A stretch of DNA of 63,024 nucleotides, filler included, from Octopus bimaculoides (GCF_001194135.2; 10 parts of 10 records of this genome joined end to end with filler, not necessarily neighbours in it); one strand, 5' to 3'; shown: positions 37,246 to 49,551, counted from the whole stretch's first letter. Program-made: numbers and translations. The notes: a model not told the origin generated them from the letters alone.

Positions 37246-37845
37246 AGAATGAAGCTGATGAATAAAATTCTATATAAAAGGAGAAGCCATTATCTCTTAT
37301 GCTTCCTCACATGCCATTCCTGCAGGGGATACAAATTTCCACAAAACATTTATTTTATTATGATATAAAATTACACAACACAAACAATTGAGAAATATTA
37401 TTAATGAATCAGTAATAATGTTGTTAACACTGTGTTAAATAAACGACATTACAAGACAAACTAAAAGTGATAAATTATTTTCAAATGAGTGAAAACAAAG
37501 ATAATATTAACAAAGAAAACAACAAAAACAATACTAAATATAAATACTTAGCAAAATTAAAATACAATGTACGACTTCTATGTGTCTGTGTTTGTGTGTG
37601 TGTGCTTGTGTATGTGAGTGTGTGTGTGTGCATGTGTGTGTTTGGGGGTTTGTTATTACATTGGGCATCAAATGTAATCATAATAAATATGTAATATTTA
37701 TTTGTAATATTCAAATTACATCATGGAGATTGCATTTGTATGTGTGTAAGTGTGTGTGTATATGTGTGTGTGAGTGTGTATATGTGTGTGTGTATACACA
37801 TAACTATCGAACAATGAGAATGAGTGCTCACTGGTGAATAAAGAT

Positions 37846-38055
37846 ACTTTATTTGTGCATTAAAGCCACCATTGGTTTCATGTTAGGAATGTCTCCACAA
37901 TTATTGAAGCCAATCACATACAAAGGTTGGTGTTTGTCTATATTTTGGATAATCCAAAATGGAGATGAACGTCAACTTTTCTGTGTGATTGGGTTGAATA
38001 ATTTGTTGAGATATTTCTCAGCATGAAACCAATGGTGGCCTTAACACACAAATAA

Positions 38056-38058
<3 letters not shown>
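37846..38058. mobile_element. MITE-like element with ~40-bp TIRs
   Basis: actttatttgtgcattaaagccaccattggtttcatg ... catgaaaccaatggtggccttaacacacaaataaagt. Confidence 0.78.
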
Positions 38059-38134
<76 letters not shown>

Positions 38135-38246
38135 AAAAAATCTCAAAGGATATTAAAGTGAAAACGCCGCAGAAACTGCACCAGTATTATAGTAGGTTGC
38201 AACTGCAACAGTAACAGTTATGAATTGATGCAGTTGAAACATGTGT

Positions 38247-38286
<40 letters not shown>

Positions 38287-38792
38287 CATTCATATGTATA
38301 TCCCTCCTATCTTCCTTCTCAGAGTGACAGACATTGGTGTTTCATCCTTACTGTGGCTTATCAATACTGCTAACCGAACAAGGCCTACTGCAAGCCATAT
38401 CACCAACTACAATTATACACTAGATGATTTAAACACCATCTGATGGCATGTCCCAATGCTTTGTGCCATGGAAAAAATTCAAACATGAATTAGAAGCAAC
38501 TTGAGGTATATAAATAAAATGGAACACACACACATACATATATATATGTGTGTGTGTGTGTGTGTATACATGAGAAAGCATATAATTGCAAAACTAAATG
38601 GGAAAAAATAGTACTCAAATACCAAAGGTAGAGTAATATACTTTTACCAAAACTGATAAAAAATGTTCACAAACTGTTACTCAGAGTTACATTTTCGTTC
38701 ATCGTACAGTCATGTTCAGCAGACATTGTGATTACAACTGGCAGATAAATGGTAACAGTTTGTGAAGCTTTTTTTAGCTTTAATAAAAGTAT

Positions 38793-38823
<31 letters not shown>

Positions 38824-40223
38824 CAGACATATGTGTGTGTATCCTTCACGTATGTGTTTGTCCACCACCACCATCACCTGACAACTGGTGTTGGTTTGTT
38901 TACATCCTCATTAGCAGTTTGGCAAAAGCAACCAATAGAATAAGTGCTGAAGTTGGATTTTTCTTTTTTCAAAGGATTCCTTGAAGACAGTGTCTCTGCA
39001 AAGCTGCCATCCACTGATTGAAACATGTTAAAAATAAATAATAAAAGTGTTGCAGTGAAAATGGTACTCCCCTTCCCATGTGACAAAGCGGTATGAACCA
39101 GCCACTATAAAGTCAGACAGTCAGTCGTTGTAGCAGGGCCAGTAGTAATAGTAGTAGAGTCATTGTACAAGTTCTCAGTTGGAGCCAGTGTCAGTTAAGT
39201 GATATATACAAGTTCGAGTTAACATCAGGGTAGATATTTCAAAGTCATTGTCTTGCGGAACAATCAGCAATAGCATGAAAAACAAGTGAAATATAATAAG
39301 ATTCAGAATACTGCCACGACATAATAGTGGCAACAAGAATATTATAGTACTGACAATAGCATACAAGTGAACGAGCTTCCACTGTATAACAAAAAGATAA
39401 AAAATTGTGCTGTTTAAATAATAATGTGAGAAAAATTTTAAAGTAATATCTTAAAAATTGTGCTGTGTGTATGTAATTTTGTTTTGAACACTTTGAAAAC
39501 AAAGTTTGTACTCCCTGAGCCAGAAGGAAATAAAGGAACGCTGCTACTTGCATAAAAGATACTTAAGTTCATGCATAAAAGGCGCTAACAATTCCATTAT
39601 TTTGTTCAAAATATTTCTGCCTTTAAACAAAATTCTTAATTTTTCATTAAGCAAAAATCACACCACATTTTCATTTGAAGCAGCTATTTCTCTTTGGTGG
39701 TCCTTTATTGACAATCGACCAGGTAATTTTGAATGTGTATGCTCTTATCTCAAACAGAATAGTATAAATTTTAACAAAGCCTTTATTTTTTTTATCAGAG
39801 CTGAGAAATAAATGTTTCTGTTTATAAAATCAATTTAATGTTAGGTTATTTGCCCTAATATATATTCTAAGTTCAACTCTCTTCTTTATTACCACTTTAG
39901 CACTGTATGTTATCAACTTTTGTAAACAGTTATCATCTGGAGGGCAATTCTCATGAAATCTGTAGTTGCATGATCATTGTTGACAAAATGTTTGCCGATC
40001 TTTTGAATTTAATTCTGCAGCATTATAACCACAATTGGAACCAAAAAGTAGATAGGAAAAAAAGCAAAAGGATATGAAAAGAAATGTTTTCTTTTTATTC
40101 ATCGATCAAACAATGAGTAAATTGGTTGTTTCTTTACAGGTATTTCTTTTTCTTTATTATAGGTTTCAAATGCTGCAGTTATTTATTTATCAACACCCTG
40201 TATGCATGTATGTATGTATGTAT

Positions 40224-41019
40224 CTTGAGATATTGGAAAGTTCTCGGTGTGAAAGTGTAGAAGCTCATGTGTTGAAGCAAAGGCTCAGATGGAGTGGTCA
40301 TCTGGTCAGGATGAAAGATTCAAGGATGACAAAACAACTCTTTTATGGAGAGTTAGCTAAAGGAGAACGACCTAGACATAAGCCAAAAATGAGGTATAAA
40401 GACTTGCTGAAGGTTTCCTTGAGAGATGCCAACATCTCTCCTAACACGTGGGAAGGCATAGCTATTGACCGTGGCAGNNNNNNNNNNTAACACGTGGGAA
40501 GGCATAGCTATTGACCGTGGCAGGTGGAGAAGGATTGTGGAGACAACTATTTTTGAGAAATCACGAATTGCACATGAGAAATTAAGGGGAGATGTCAGGA
40601 AGGGTATTGTTGTTGCACTTCCAGATGGCAAGGGTCTTCCTATGACTCTGACATGCAGTGTCTGTGCAAGACCCTGCCTCAGTAAAACTGGACTCATGAG
40701 TCATCTTCGTAGTCATAAAGCAAGACCGATGATTGACCACCAGGCCGCTGGTGGTGGTGCTACACACCATACCAATCCTGTCTGTCGGGCATGTGGAAGG
40801 GAGTGTGATTCAGCAGGAGGACTTAAACGACACGCAATGGTACATGGAACCCAATTACAACAACAGCCAGCTATTGTCAGGAAAGGTTTTGGATGCCAAC
40901 TCTGTGCAAGACATTGTAGATCTTTGGCTGGGCTAAAAAGTCACATTCAATCACAGCACCGTTGAGTTAAGCTTCGTGCAATGGCCATACTCGATAATGA
41001 GGGGGCAGCCATTCATCAT
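40224..41019 (+). mobile_element. 5'-truncated RTE (BovB-like) LINE; open C-terminal ORF segment ending in three C2H2 zinc fingers
   Basis: LRWSGHLVRMKDSRMTKQLFYGELAKGERPRHKPKMRYKD (RTE thumb region) continuing to CSVC..HLRSH, CRAC..HAMVH, CQLC..HIQSQH, stop 40963-40965; short tail ctcgataatgagggggcagccat(tca)n. Confidence 0.9.
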
Positions 41020-41039
41020 GTACATATGTATGTATGTAT

Positions 41040-41440
41040 GTTTCATATTTTATTAGTTTCAATAACTGAACCGTGGTCATGCTGGAGCACTGCCTTGAAA
41101 AACTTTAGCTAAATGAGTCAACTCCAGTACATTTTTTCTTAAGACTGGTACTTATTCTATCATTCCCTTTTGCTGAACCACTAAGTTACAGGGACATAAA
41201 CACACCAACAACAAATTGTCGAGTGGTAGTTGGAGAGAAACACAGACAAAACCACACACACACACACACACACACACACAACCATACAACAGACTTTTTT
41301 CAGTTAGTTTCTGTCCAACAAATCCACTCACAAATATTTGGTTGGCCCAAGAGTATAATAAAAGACACTGAGCCAAGGTGCTACACAGTGGGAATGAACC
41401 CAGAAACGTGTGGCTGGGAAGCAAGAAGCAAACTTCTTTC
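41040..41440 (-). mobile_element. SINE family A, CpG-eroded
   Basis: Tail catgctggagcac, core caaatccactcacaaa, head on minus. Confidence 0.82.
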
Positions 41441-41470
41441 CACACACACGTGTATGCTTATATATAATAT

Positions 41471-41913
41471 ATTCACAAGTTCTCCATATAGCATCTGCTT
41501 AGAAATCCTGCTATCCTTCATTCTAATAAGTTGAACAAAGCAGAAACCAAGGCTGCGCTTTAAGGACTGTGTCAAGTCCTCATTAAAGGCCTGTGATATG
41601 CAGGACACTGACTGGGAGAACAATGCCTGTCATCGCCACGGATGGAGGGAACAGGATAAGTAAGGGATCGACATTTTTGAGAGAACACATATCCAGCATG
41701 AAGAACTTAAGCGAGCTGCGGGAAAGCGCACGGCTCGTATGGCGAATGGGAAAAGCTTAATCTGCAATGTTTGCAGTCGTGTGTGCTTGTCAAGAGCAGG
41801 GCTCATTAGCCACCAACGGAGCCACAAATGCAAAATATAAGTTAGTCCTAGAGCGCAAAATGTTCCTGAAGGTCGGCAATGGTCTTCCTCGGTCACAAGT
41901 GGACGGCCATCAT
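41471..41913 (+). mobile_element. 5'-truncated RTE LINE (single zinc finger) with an inverted 5' segment 41471-41536
   Basis: Plus: KQKPRLRFKDCVKSSLKACD...CNVCSRVCLSRAGLISHQRSH, stop 41838-41840; minus 41536-41471: VQLIRMKDSRISKQMLYGELVN. Confidence 0.87.
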
Positions 41914-42374
41914 ATATATATATATATANNNNNNNNNNNNNNNNNNNNNNNNNNNNNNNNNNNNNNNNNNNNTTAATTAATTAANNNNNNNNNNNNNNNN
42001 NNNNNNNNNNNNNNNNNNNNNNNNNNNNGGACCAATAGAATAATATATAATGATATATAATGAAATTATTGTGCAGAGTGCCCAGGTGCACTACAATAAG
42101 TACCAGGTTTAAAAGAAAAACAGGTGCTGGGGTTGATTCGTTCAACTAAAATATCTTCAAAGTGAACGGATCTTTCTGCAGGAGGAACTGATATCAGAAG
42201 GTGTCCAACAATCATTGGGTGTTTCGACCTTCAGGTCAGCAGAGGTAGCCAAATCCTTGCTCACAATCTTCTCCTGGCTTCCGGCTTAACTTCTCTCTCT
42301 CTCTCTCGCTCCAAAGCCAACAAAATGCTCTTTCTCTTGCCTCTCCCATCATGTGCAGAGTTACACTTTGCTCT

Positions 42375-42616
42375 TTGCCTCTCATTTGGACGGAGAAAAT
42401 CCGAATTCTGTAGACGAGGCTAGAGCAGTACTGGAGGAGTATTTTTCATGATGGACAAGTGAATTATGGAAGAGGGGCCTTGAAAGTCTACCAGGTAGAT
42501 GGACAAGCATTGTACAAAACGAAGGAGAATATATTTTAGATTAAAAAAGAACTTTATCTTAATTTTGGAAAATGAAAGCAGTATAATAAAACTGCATTAT
42601 TTATAGGATGACCCAA
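42375..42616 (+). mobile_element. Mariner 3' end (transposase C-terminus plus TIR, TA site)
   Basis: HLDGENPNSVDEARAVLEEYFS*WTSELWKRGLESLPGRWTSIVQNEGEYILD*; ends gcattatttataggatgacccaa-TA. Confidence 0.82.
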
Positions 42617-43024
42617 TATATATATCTGTGTATATTTGTTTGTATGTATGTGTGTGTATGTGCATATTTGTGTAGATATGTACACATAGATATCTCTCTC
42701 TGTGTCTGTGTATACATATACGTATGTATATGGGTCTGCGTGTATGTGTATGTAACCTATGGGTGTACAGTAATCACTCGCCATATCATGGTTCATCTAT
42801 CACAACCTCAGTACATCATGAATTTTTCTGGCTAATATATGTAAATTTATGTAAATTTATATTGCAGACTCCTCAGTATATCGCAGGTTTCTGCAGATGA
42901 TAGATATTTATATTTTTTCAGATTCTAATTATTTTTGTGGTAAAATGAGCATTTTCATGCCTAAAAATTAATAAATAAGGATACAGTAAAGTACTGCACT
43001 GTGTAATACATTAATTAAAATATG

Positions 43025-43470
43025 GGGATGTAAACATACCAACATCGGTTGTCAAGCAATGGTGGGGCGACAGACACACACAGATGCACAAACACATATG
43101 ACAGGCTTCTTTCAGTTTTCATCTACCAAATCCACTCACAAGGCTTTGGTCAGTCTGAGGCTATAGTAGAAGACTTGCTCAAGGTGCCATGCGGTGGGAC
43201 TGAACCCAGAACTATATGTTTTGGTAAGCAAGCTTCTTAGCACACACCCACTCCTGTACGTATGTGTGTGTATATATATATATATATACATACATACATA
43301 TATGTATGTATATATATGATGGGCTTTCAGTTTCTATCTATCAAATCTACTCACAAGATTTGGTTGGTCCAAGATTAGAGTAGAAGACATTTTCCCAAGG
43401 TGCCACACAGTGGAACTGAGCCTGGAACAATAGGGTTCCAAAGCAAAAGTCTTACCACATAGCCATGAGT
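43025..43470 (-). mobile_element. Two adjacent SINE family A 5' portions (43025-43258, 43315-43470)
   Basis: caaatccactcacaaggctttgg core and gggactgaacccag B-box on minus. Confidence 0.82.
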
Positions 43471-43529
43471 GCACTTATATATACATACTTCTGTTTCATT
43501 AATCAATTACTATCTCAACTAATGCCAGG

Positions 43530-43695
43530 GCAGTGAGCTGGCAGAATTGTTAGCATGTTGGATTAGGTCGACTTTGCCTTTCATCCTTTCAGGGTTGATA
43601 AATTAAGTACCAGTTGAGCACTGGGGTCGATGTAATCGGCTCATCTCTTCCTCCAGAGTTTCAGGCCTTGTGCTTATAGTAGAAAAAATTATCTC
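43530..43695 (+). mobile_element. SINE family C, internally deleted
   Basis: gagctggcagaattgttagc ... gtcgactttgcctttcatcctttcagggttgataaattaagtaccag. Confidence 0.82.
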
Positions 43696-44034
43696 ATCTA
43701 ACATTGCGGAATTCCTGAAGTTGATCCAATGGAAATATACCCCAACTGCGGATGACACCAGGTAGCCTAAACCGTGGTAGTGCTTTACTCAACACATCCG
43801 CACACTAACTGACATACACTCATTAGTCCAAAAAAAATACGTATATATGTACATATATATTTATTTATGAAAACATAAGTGTGTGTGTGAACGCTTATAT
43901 CTGATATGTCAGTTGTTTTATGACTATAGAGGTTTAACTGCTATTTCTTGCAAGTCCATTGGTTGTATAATTGTTGCTTTGGTTTATATATCTAGTAATG
44001 TATCCATGATATCTACACAGTGGTGCTACATAAA

Positions 44035-44226
44035 CAAACACCCACGCTGGTGCCACATAAGACCCCGTATCAACACCACGTGAAGAGAACACTATGTAAA
44101 GTTGTTGGCTTCAGAAAGTGCATACAGTCACCGAAACAATGCCAAAAAACAGACGACAGAAATCTGGTGCAGCTCTCTAGCTTGCCATAGCATGGAAAAC
44201 GGACGTTAAATGATGATGATGATGAT
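44035..44226 (+). mobile_element. RTE-type LINE extreme 3' end with (GAT)n tail
   Basis: ...catagcatggaaaacggacgttaaatgatgatgat; upstream part resembles the 58621-58760 UTR. Confidence 0.7.
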
Positions 44227-44246
44227 GTATAGATAGTGTTTTGTGT

Positions 44247-44549
44247 TGGCACTCCGTCGCGGGTTCCAGTTGATCCGATCAACGGAACAGCCTGCTCGTG
44301 AAATTAACGTGCAAGTGGTTGAGCACTCCACAGACACGTGTACCCTTAACGTAGTTCTCGGGGATATTCAGCGTGACACAGAGTGTGACAAGGCTGACCC
44401 TTTGAATTACAGGCACAACAGAAACAGGAAGTAAGAGTGAGAGAAAGTTGTGGTGAAAGAGTACAGAAGGGTTCACCACCATCCCCTGCCGGAGCCTCGT
44501 GGAGCTTTAGGTATTTTCGCTGCCCTAACCACTGGGCCATTGCGCCTCC
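44247..44549 (-). mobile_element. SINE family B, near full length
   Basis: Minus ggaggcgcaatggcccagtggttagggca head; gagaactacgttaagggtacacgtgtctgtggagtgctc body; taaccgacggagtgcca-like end. Confidence 0.87.
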
Positions 44550-44705
44550 ACTTGTATAGATAGTAGAGATAAAGAAACTGTTATGCAATGAAAGGAGTCG
44601 TATAANNNNNNNNNNNNNNNNNNNNNNNNNNNNNNNNNNNNNNNNNNNNTTAATTAATTAANNNNNNNNNNNNNNNNNNNNNNNNNNNNNNNNNNNNNNN
44701 NNNNN

Positions 44706-44770
<65 letters not shown>

Positions 44771-44774
44771 ATAT

Positions 44775-44937
44775 ACGACGGGCTTCTTTCAGTTTCCCTC
44801 TACCAAATCCACTCACAAGGCTTTGGTTGGCCCGAGGCTATAGTAGAAGACACTTGGCCAATTAGTCACGCAGTAGGACTGAACTCAGAACCATGTGGTT
44901 GGTAAGCAAGTTACTGACCACACAGCCACTCCTGCAT
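44775..44937 (-). mobile_element. SINE family A 5' part
   Basis: Head and core on minus. Confidence 0.85.
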
Positions 44938-45754
44938 ATGTATGTAAAATATATTTATCGTTATATAAAACTCTTGTTTTTCATTTTGAAATTTGATATG
45001 AAATGCAACTCGAGTTTAATTAACTTATTATTTTCTTCACCGCTTTTGAAAACAAAACACCAACTGTTTAAGAAAGTTAGTAAATATAAAATTAGATCGT
45101 GCTGCAAATAGCGGATACCAAAATGCAAACTTATTCTGGAAGCAAAGAAACCTTTGTAAATGAATAAAATAGTGATATATTTTCAATTGTTGTGGCTGTT
45201 GTTTAGCTACGACCGAAATGCATTACAGCTGTGACAATTCCGATTTTATTTTGTTTTTCATTTACTGGTTTGCTCAAATAAGCGCACTCCATGATAACAG
45301 CGTTTCCCCTGTTTACTCCACTTCTACCTCTTTACTCGACTAGCAGTATCTGGATCACGAACGGGTCCACCCTGCTGTACAGCAGAGCTTCTATCGAGCA
45401 AGGCACTTACTCTTCTGGTTCCAGTCATGCATACCTTTATTTGAATTATTTTGCATTATTTCATAAATGAGTTGGTTCTGTGGGGGTTTTCTTTCCCACA
45501 AGTTTCTTTTTTCTCGTTTTACCATTGTTAGGAGGGCCATTAATCACGGCTAAAGATCCCGTGTTAGACAGGAGACACAGTCTTCATCACACCGGACGCT
45601 AATCCAGTTTCTCTTGACGATAGAGTAATACATCATTTTCCTATATCCTATTTTGGTAAGATCACTTAAGTAATAGCATTCCATCACGGTTCTCTTGTCA
45701 TTTTGAGAATGTCTTTCTATAAGGGCAATCTCTGTCGTATATATATACATATAT

Positions 45755-45912
45755 ACGACAGGCTTCTTTCAGTTTCCGTCTACCAAATCCATTCACAAGA
45801 CTTTGGTCGGCCCGAGGCTATAGTAGAAGACACTTACCCAAGGTGCCACGCAGTGGGACTGAACCCGGAACTATGTGGTTGGTAAGCAAGATACTTACCA
45901 GGCACTACTGCT
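45755..45912 (-). mobile_element. SINE family A 5' part, CpG retained
   Basis: ttccgtctaccaaatccattcacaagactttggtcggcccgaggctatagtagaagacac...cacgcagtgggactgaacccgg. Confidence 0.87.
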
Positions 45913-46594
45913 CCCACTTCTTGCAAATTTTCATGATTTATGGCTTAGAGATTTCATAATTTATGTCTCTGAAAGTCACACGAGAATGGCCCAGAAACTT
46001 ATTGGGCCGTTGAAGCAATTTGGTTGAACTAATTCTCAAAAGCTATATTTTTATATATATATATATAAAAGAATACAGAAATATCACTCAAATATAAAAC
46101 AAAGCAAAAATGTTTACGTAAAATAAGGTATGTTTATTTTACAAGCTGGAGTTTTTTGAATCATACATTTGAGATTCACTTTTCATGATTGCAAGAAGCG
46201 CTGTCATATGTTTTATAATGAATTAATCGGTTTTATAATCGTTAAGATCATATATTATACTCGAACCATATTTTGATAGTGAAGTAGCAAAAGATGTTTC
46301 TAAGTTTTTCATAAGAGCGATATTGGATAAGCCTTATGTAGCTGTTTTCCTCCGTCACATACAAGGAATATCTTAGGATTATTGCATTTTTTGACATTAA
46401 ACACAGAAACAATGCATATTCTGTGTATGGTAGTGTCTAATTTTCCAATTTTTTTTTTCGGAACCAATCACTGTGAACTAATCACATTTTAATGTGTTTG
46501 TGAGTGGGTGAATGGTTTGCTTGTATTTTTCATTATTCCCTATTTCAATAATCGCTTAGACAAATATATCGACAAAAATTTTCAGTTACCATAC

Positions 46595-46691
46595 GCATAT
46601 ATATATTTTGCCGAACCGCTAGGTTACGGAAACGTAAACACACCAATATCGGTTGTCAAGCGATGGTGGGTGACACACAGACACACAAACA

Positions 46692-46728
<37 letters not shown>

Positions 46729-46753
46729 GTATGTATGTATGTATGTATGTATG

Positions 46754-46799
<46 letters not shown>

Positions 46800-46978
46800 T
46801 TTATATACATATATGCAACGGGCGTCTTTCAATTTCCGTTTACCAAATCCCCTCATAAGGCTTTGGTCGGCCCGCAGCTACAGTAGAAGAGACTTACCCA
46901 AGGTGCCACGTAGTGGGACTGAACCCAGGATCATGTGATTGGTAATCGAGCTACTTACCACACAGCCACTGCTGCGCC
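46595..46978 (-). mobile_element. SINE family A with expanded internal (TA)/(TGTA) tract
   Basis: Head at 46880-46978, body gccgaaccgctaggttacgg...atcggttgtcaagcgatgg. Confidence 0.85.
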
Positions 46979-47574
46979 TATATATGTATACACACACACA
47001 CACATATATCTGTCCATCTATCTACCTACCTATCCATGTATGTATACATACATACACGTACATACACACTCGTACACACACACACCTATATAATATGCAT
47101 TACATCATATGCATTATGTAATGTATATATGCATATATATATATATATGTATATGCATCGGTTTCTCTTGTTTTCTCGCTTCATCTCAACCTCTCTCCTC
47201 TTCCCACTCTCAGTTACTCCTCCCCACTCAACGTAAGACTGACACGCAACCCCAAATTGTACCACTTCTCATCATCAATAGATATTTGAAGAGAACATTA
47301 ATTAAAATAAAAGACTCTCGCTGCAGGCTATTTACAGTCAGTCCCTCCGTAGCACACTAGACTGGCTCTTATTGTTACATCACTCTGCTTTCTTCTTCGC
47401 CACGCCATTCGACTGTTATCTTAACTATTCTCTTTCTTCCTTTTTTTCCTTCCAATACTTTGTCCATGCATTCACTCATTCAGTCACTCATGCATACATT
47501 TATACACTCATTCATTTTCTTTTTCTTTATGCCCTGGCGCCCTGTTTTCTTCTTACTTTCTTAAGATTTCGTTC

Positions 47575-47597
47575 TTGTCTTTCTTTCCTTCCTTCCT

Positions 47598-47681
<84 letters not shown>

Positions 47682-47693
47682 TCCTTCTTTGTC

Positions 47694-47769
<76 letters not shown>

Positions 47770-47799
47770 CATACATACATACATGCATGCATGTATACA

Positions 47800-47833
<34 letters not shown>

Positions 47834-47870
47834 CACACATGTACATACATGCATACATACATTGTATAAA
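47575..47870. repeat. Compound tetranucleotide array (CTTT)n-(CTAT)n-(CATA)n
   Basis: Direct reading. Confidence 0.95.
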
Positions 47871-49551
47871 CCTACAAACATGNNNNNNNNNNNNNNNNNN
47901 NNNNNNNNNNNNNNNNNNNNNNNNNNTTAATTAATTAANNNNNNNNNNNNNNNNNNNNNNNNNNNNNNNNNNNNNNNNNNNNGACCTTGCATGATGTTCC
48001 CCTTGGTGTCGGTGTCACCTCTGGAAATTATGGTAAGCCTCCTCAAAAATATCTATCACTCTTTTTGTTTTTAAAACTACGAATAATGAAATTTCAGAGT
48101 GGATAGTTTTATAGTAGGAACTTATACACCGCTTCTTATCAACAAGGCCAGTATGTTAGCGTCACAGCTAAATATTTCGTCTCCGAGAAGAATTGTCCGT
48201 GTAAGAGCATATTTTTAGAAATTCATTTTTCAAAATTGTTATTGTGAAATTTTAACAGGCGGAGGTAAAGAATACGCACACCACCCGTTTTCGGCGTAAC
48301 CCTAACCCTAAATACCGGGTGTGCGTAGTCTTTGCCTTCGCCATTTGAACATACTTTATAGATTTGGGCAAATAATAAATTTCTGTTGTCACAAAGAGCA
48401 ACTCGCACATTTACTTCAGTCAAAGGTCATCGGCATGTTTAATGACAACATATTTCACATTCACACAGGGAATATTGAGTAGAAATTAGGGGACGATTTT
48501 TTTTTAACTCTGTAAAGTAAAACAAACTACACTGGTTGAAAGGGAGGATCCGATTCTGAAAAAAAATTTTCAAAAATCACTTTTTCGAAATTTCAGTTTT
48601 GTGAGATTTGGCTGTTATTTCTAGCATATGGATAGCCCACTTGAAGGCCTGAGGGTATATATTCTTTTTTTTTTTTTCTTCTTGTTGAAAAATTGAAATT
48701 TTACAAACAAATTTTTTCCAACAAATTTTTTTCCAAATCATCTTCGTATTGGCGTTCCTTCGTTTTTACTCAACGAAACCAAAACAAAAAGTCGCTTGTT
48801 TCCGTGACAACTGACAATTCACTTCGGATATCTTCGTGACCTCCGCGACAGCTGATAAAATAGGAGGAGGAGAAGAAAGCTAATGGGTTGTGTGCGCGTG
48901 CTTGTTCATGNNNNNNNNNNNNNNNNNNNNNNNNNNNNNNNNNNNNNNNNNNNNNNNNNNNNNNNNNNNNNNNNNNNNNNNNNNNNNNNNNNNNNNNNNN
49001 NNNNNNNNNNNNNNNNNNNNNNNNNNNNNNNNNNNNNNNNNNNNNNNNNNNNNNNNNNNNNNNNNNNNNNNNNNNNNNNNNNNNNNNNNNNNNNNNNNNN
49101 NNNNNNNNNNNNNNNNNNNNNNNNNNNNNNNNNNNNNNNNNNNNNNNNNNNNNNNNNNNNNNNNNNNNNNNNNNNNNNNNNNNNNNNNNNNNNNNNNNNN
49201 NNNNNNNNNNNNNNNNNNNNNNNNNNNNNNNNNNNNNNNNNNNNNNNNNNNNNNNNNNNNNNNNNNNNNNNNNNNNNNNNNNNNNNNNNNNNNNNNNNNN
49301 NNNNNNNNNNNNNNNNNNNNNNNNNNNNNNNNNNNNNNNNNNNNNNNNNNNNNNNNNNNNNNNNNNNNNNNNNNNNNNNNNNNNNNNNNNNNNNNNNNNN
49401 NNNNNNNNNNNNNNNNNNNNNNNNNNNNNNNNNNNNNNNNNNNNNNNNNNNNNNNNNNNNNNNNNNNNNNNNNNNNNNNNNNNNNNNNNNNNNNNNNNNN
49501 NNNNNNNNNNNNNNNNNNNNNNNNNNNNNNNNNNNNNNNNNNNNNNNNNNN

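Noticed and set aside
40442-40523. Exact 36-bp direct repeat around a 10-N gap in the RTE ORF
   Set aside because: Unmerged contig overlap; removing it restores one continuous frame
40654-40959. Triple zinc finger as a host Kruppel-type C2H2 gene exon
   Set aside because: No TGEKP linkers, in frame with the RTE thumb motifs, followed by an RTE tail and no splice sites; reported as a LINE feature instead
45550-45750. 66-aa ORF with CDEDCVSC
   Set aside because: Short, starts in a TA repeat, no convincing splice sites or family motif
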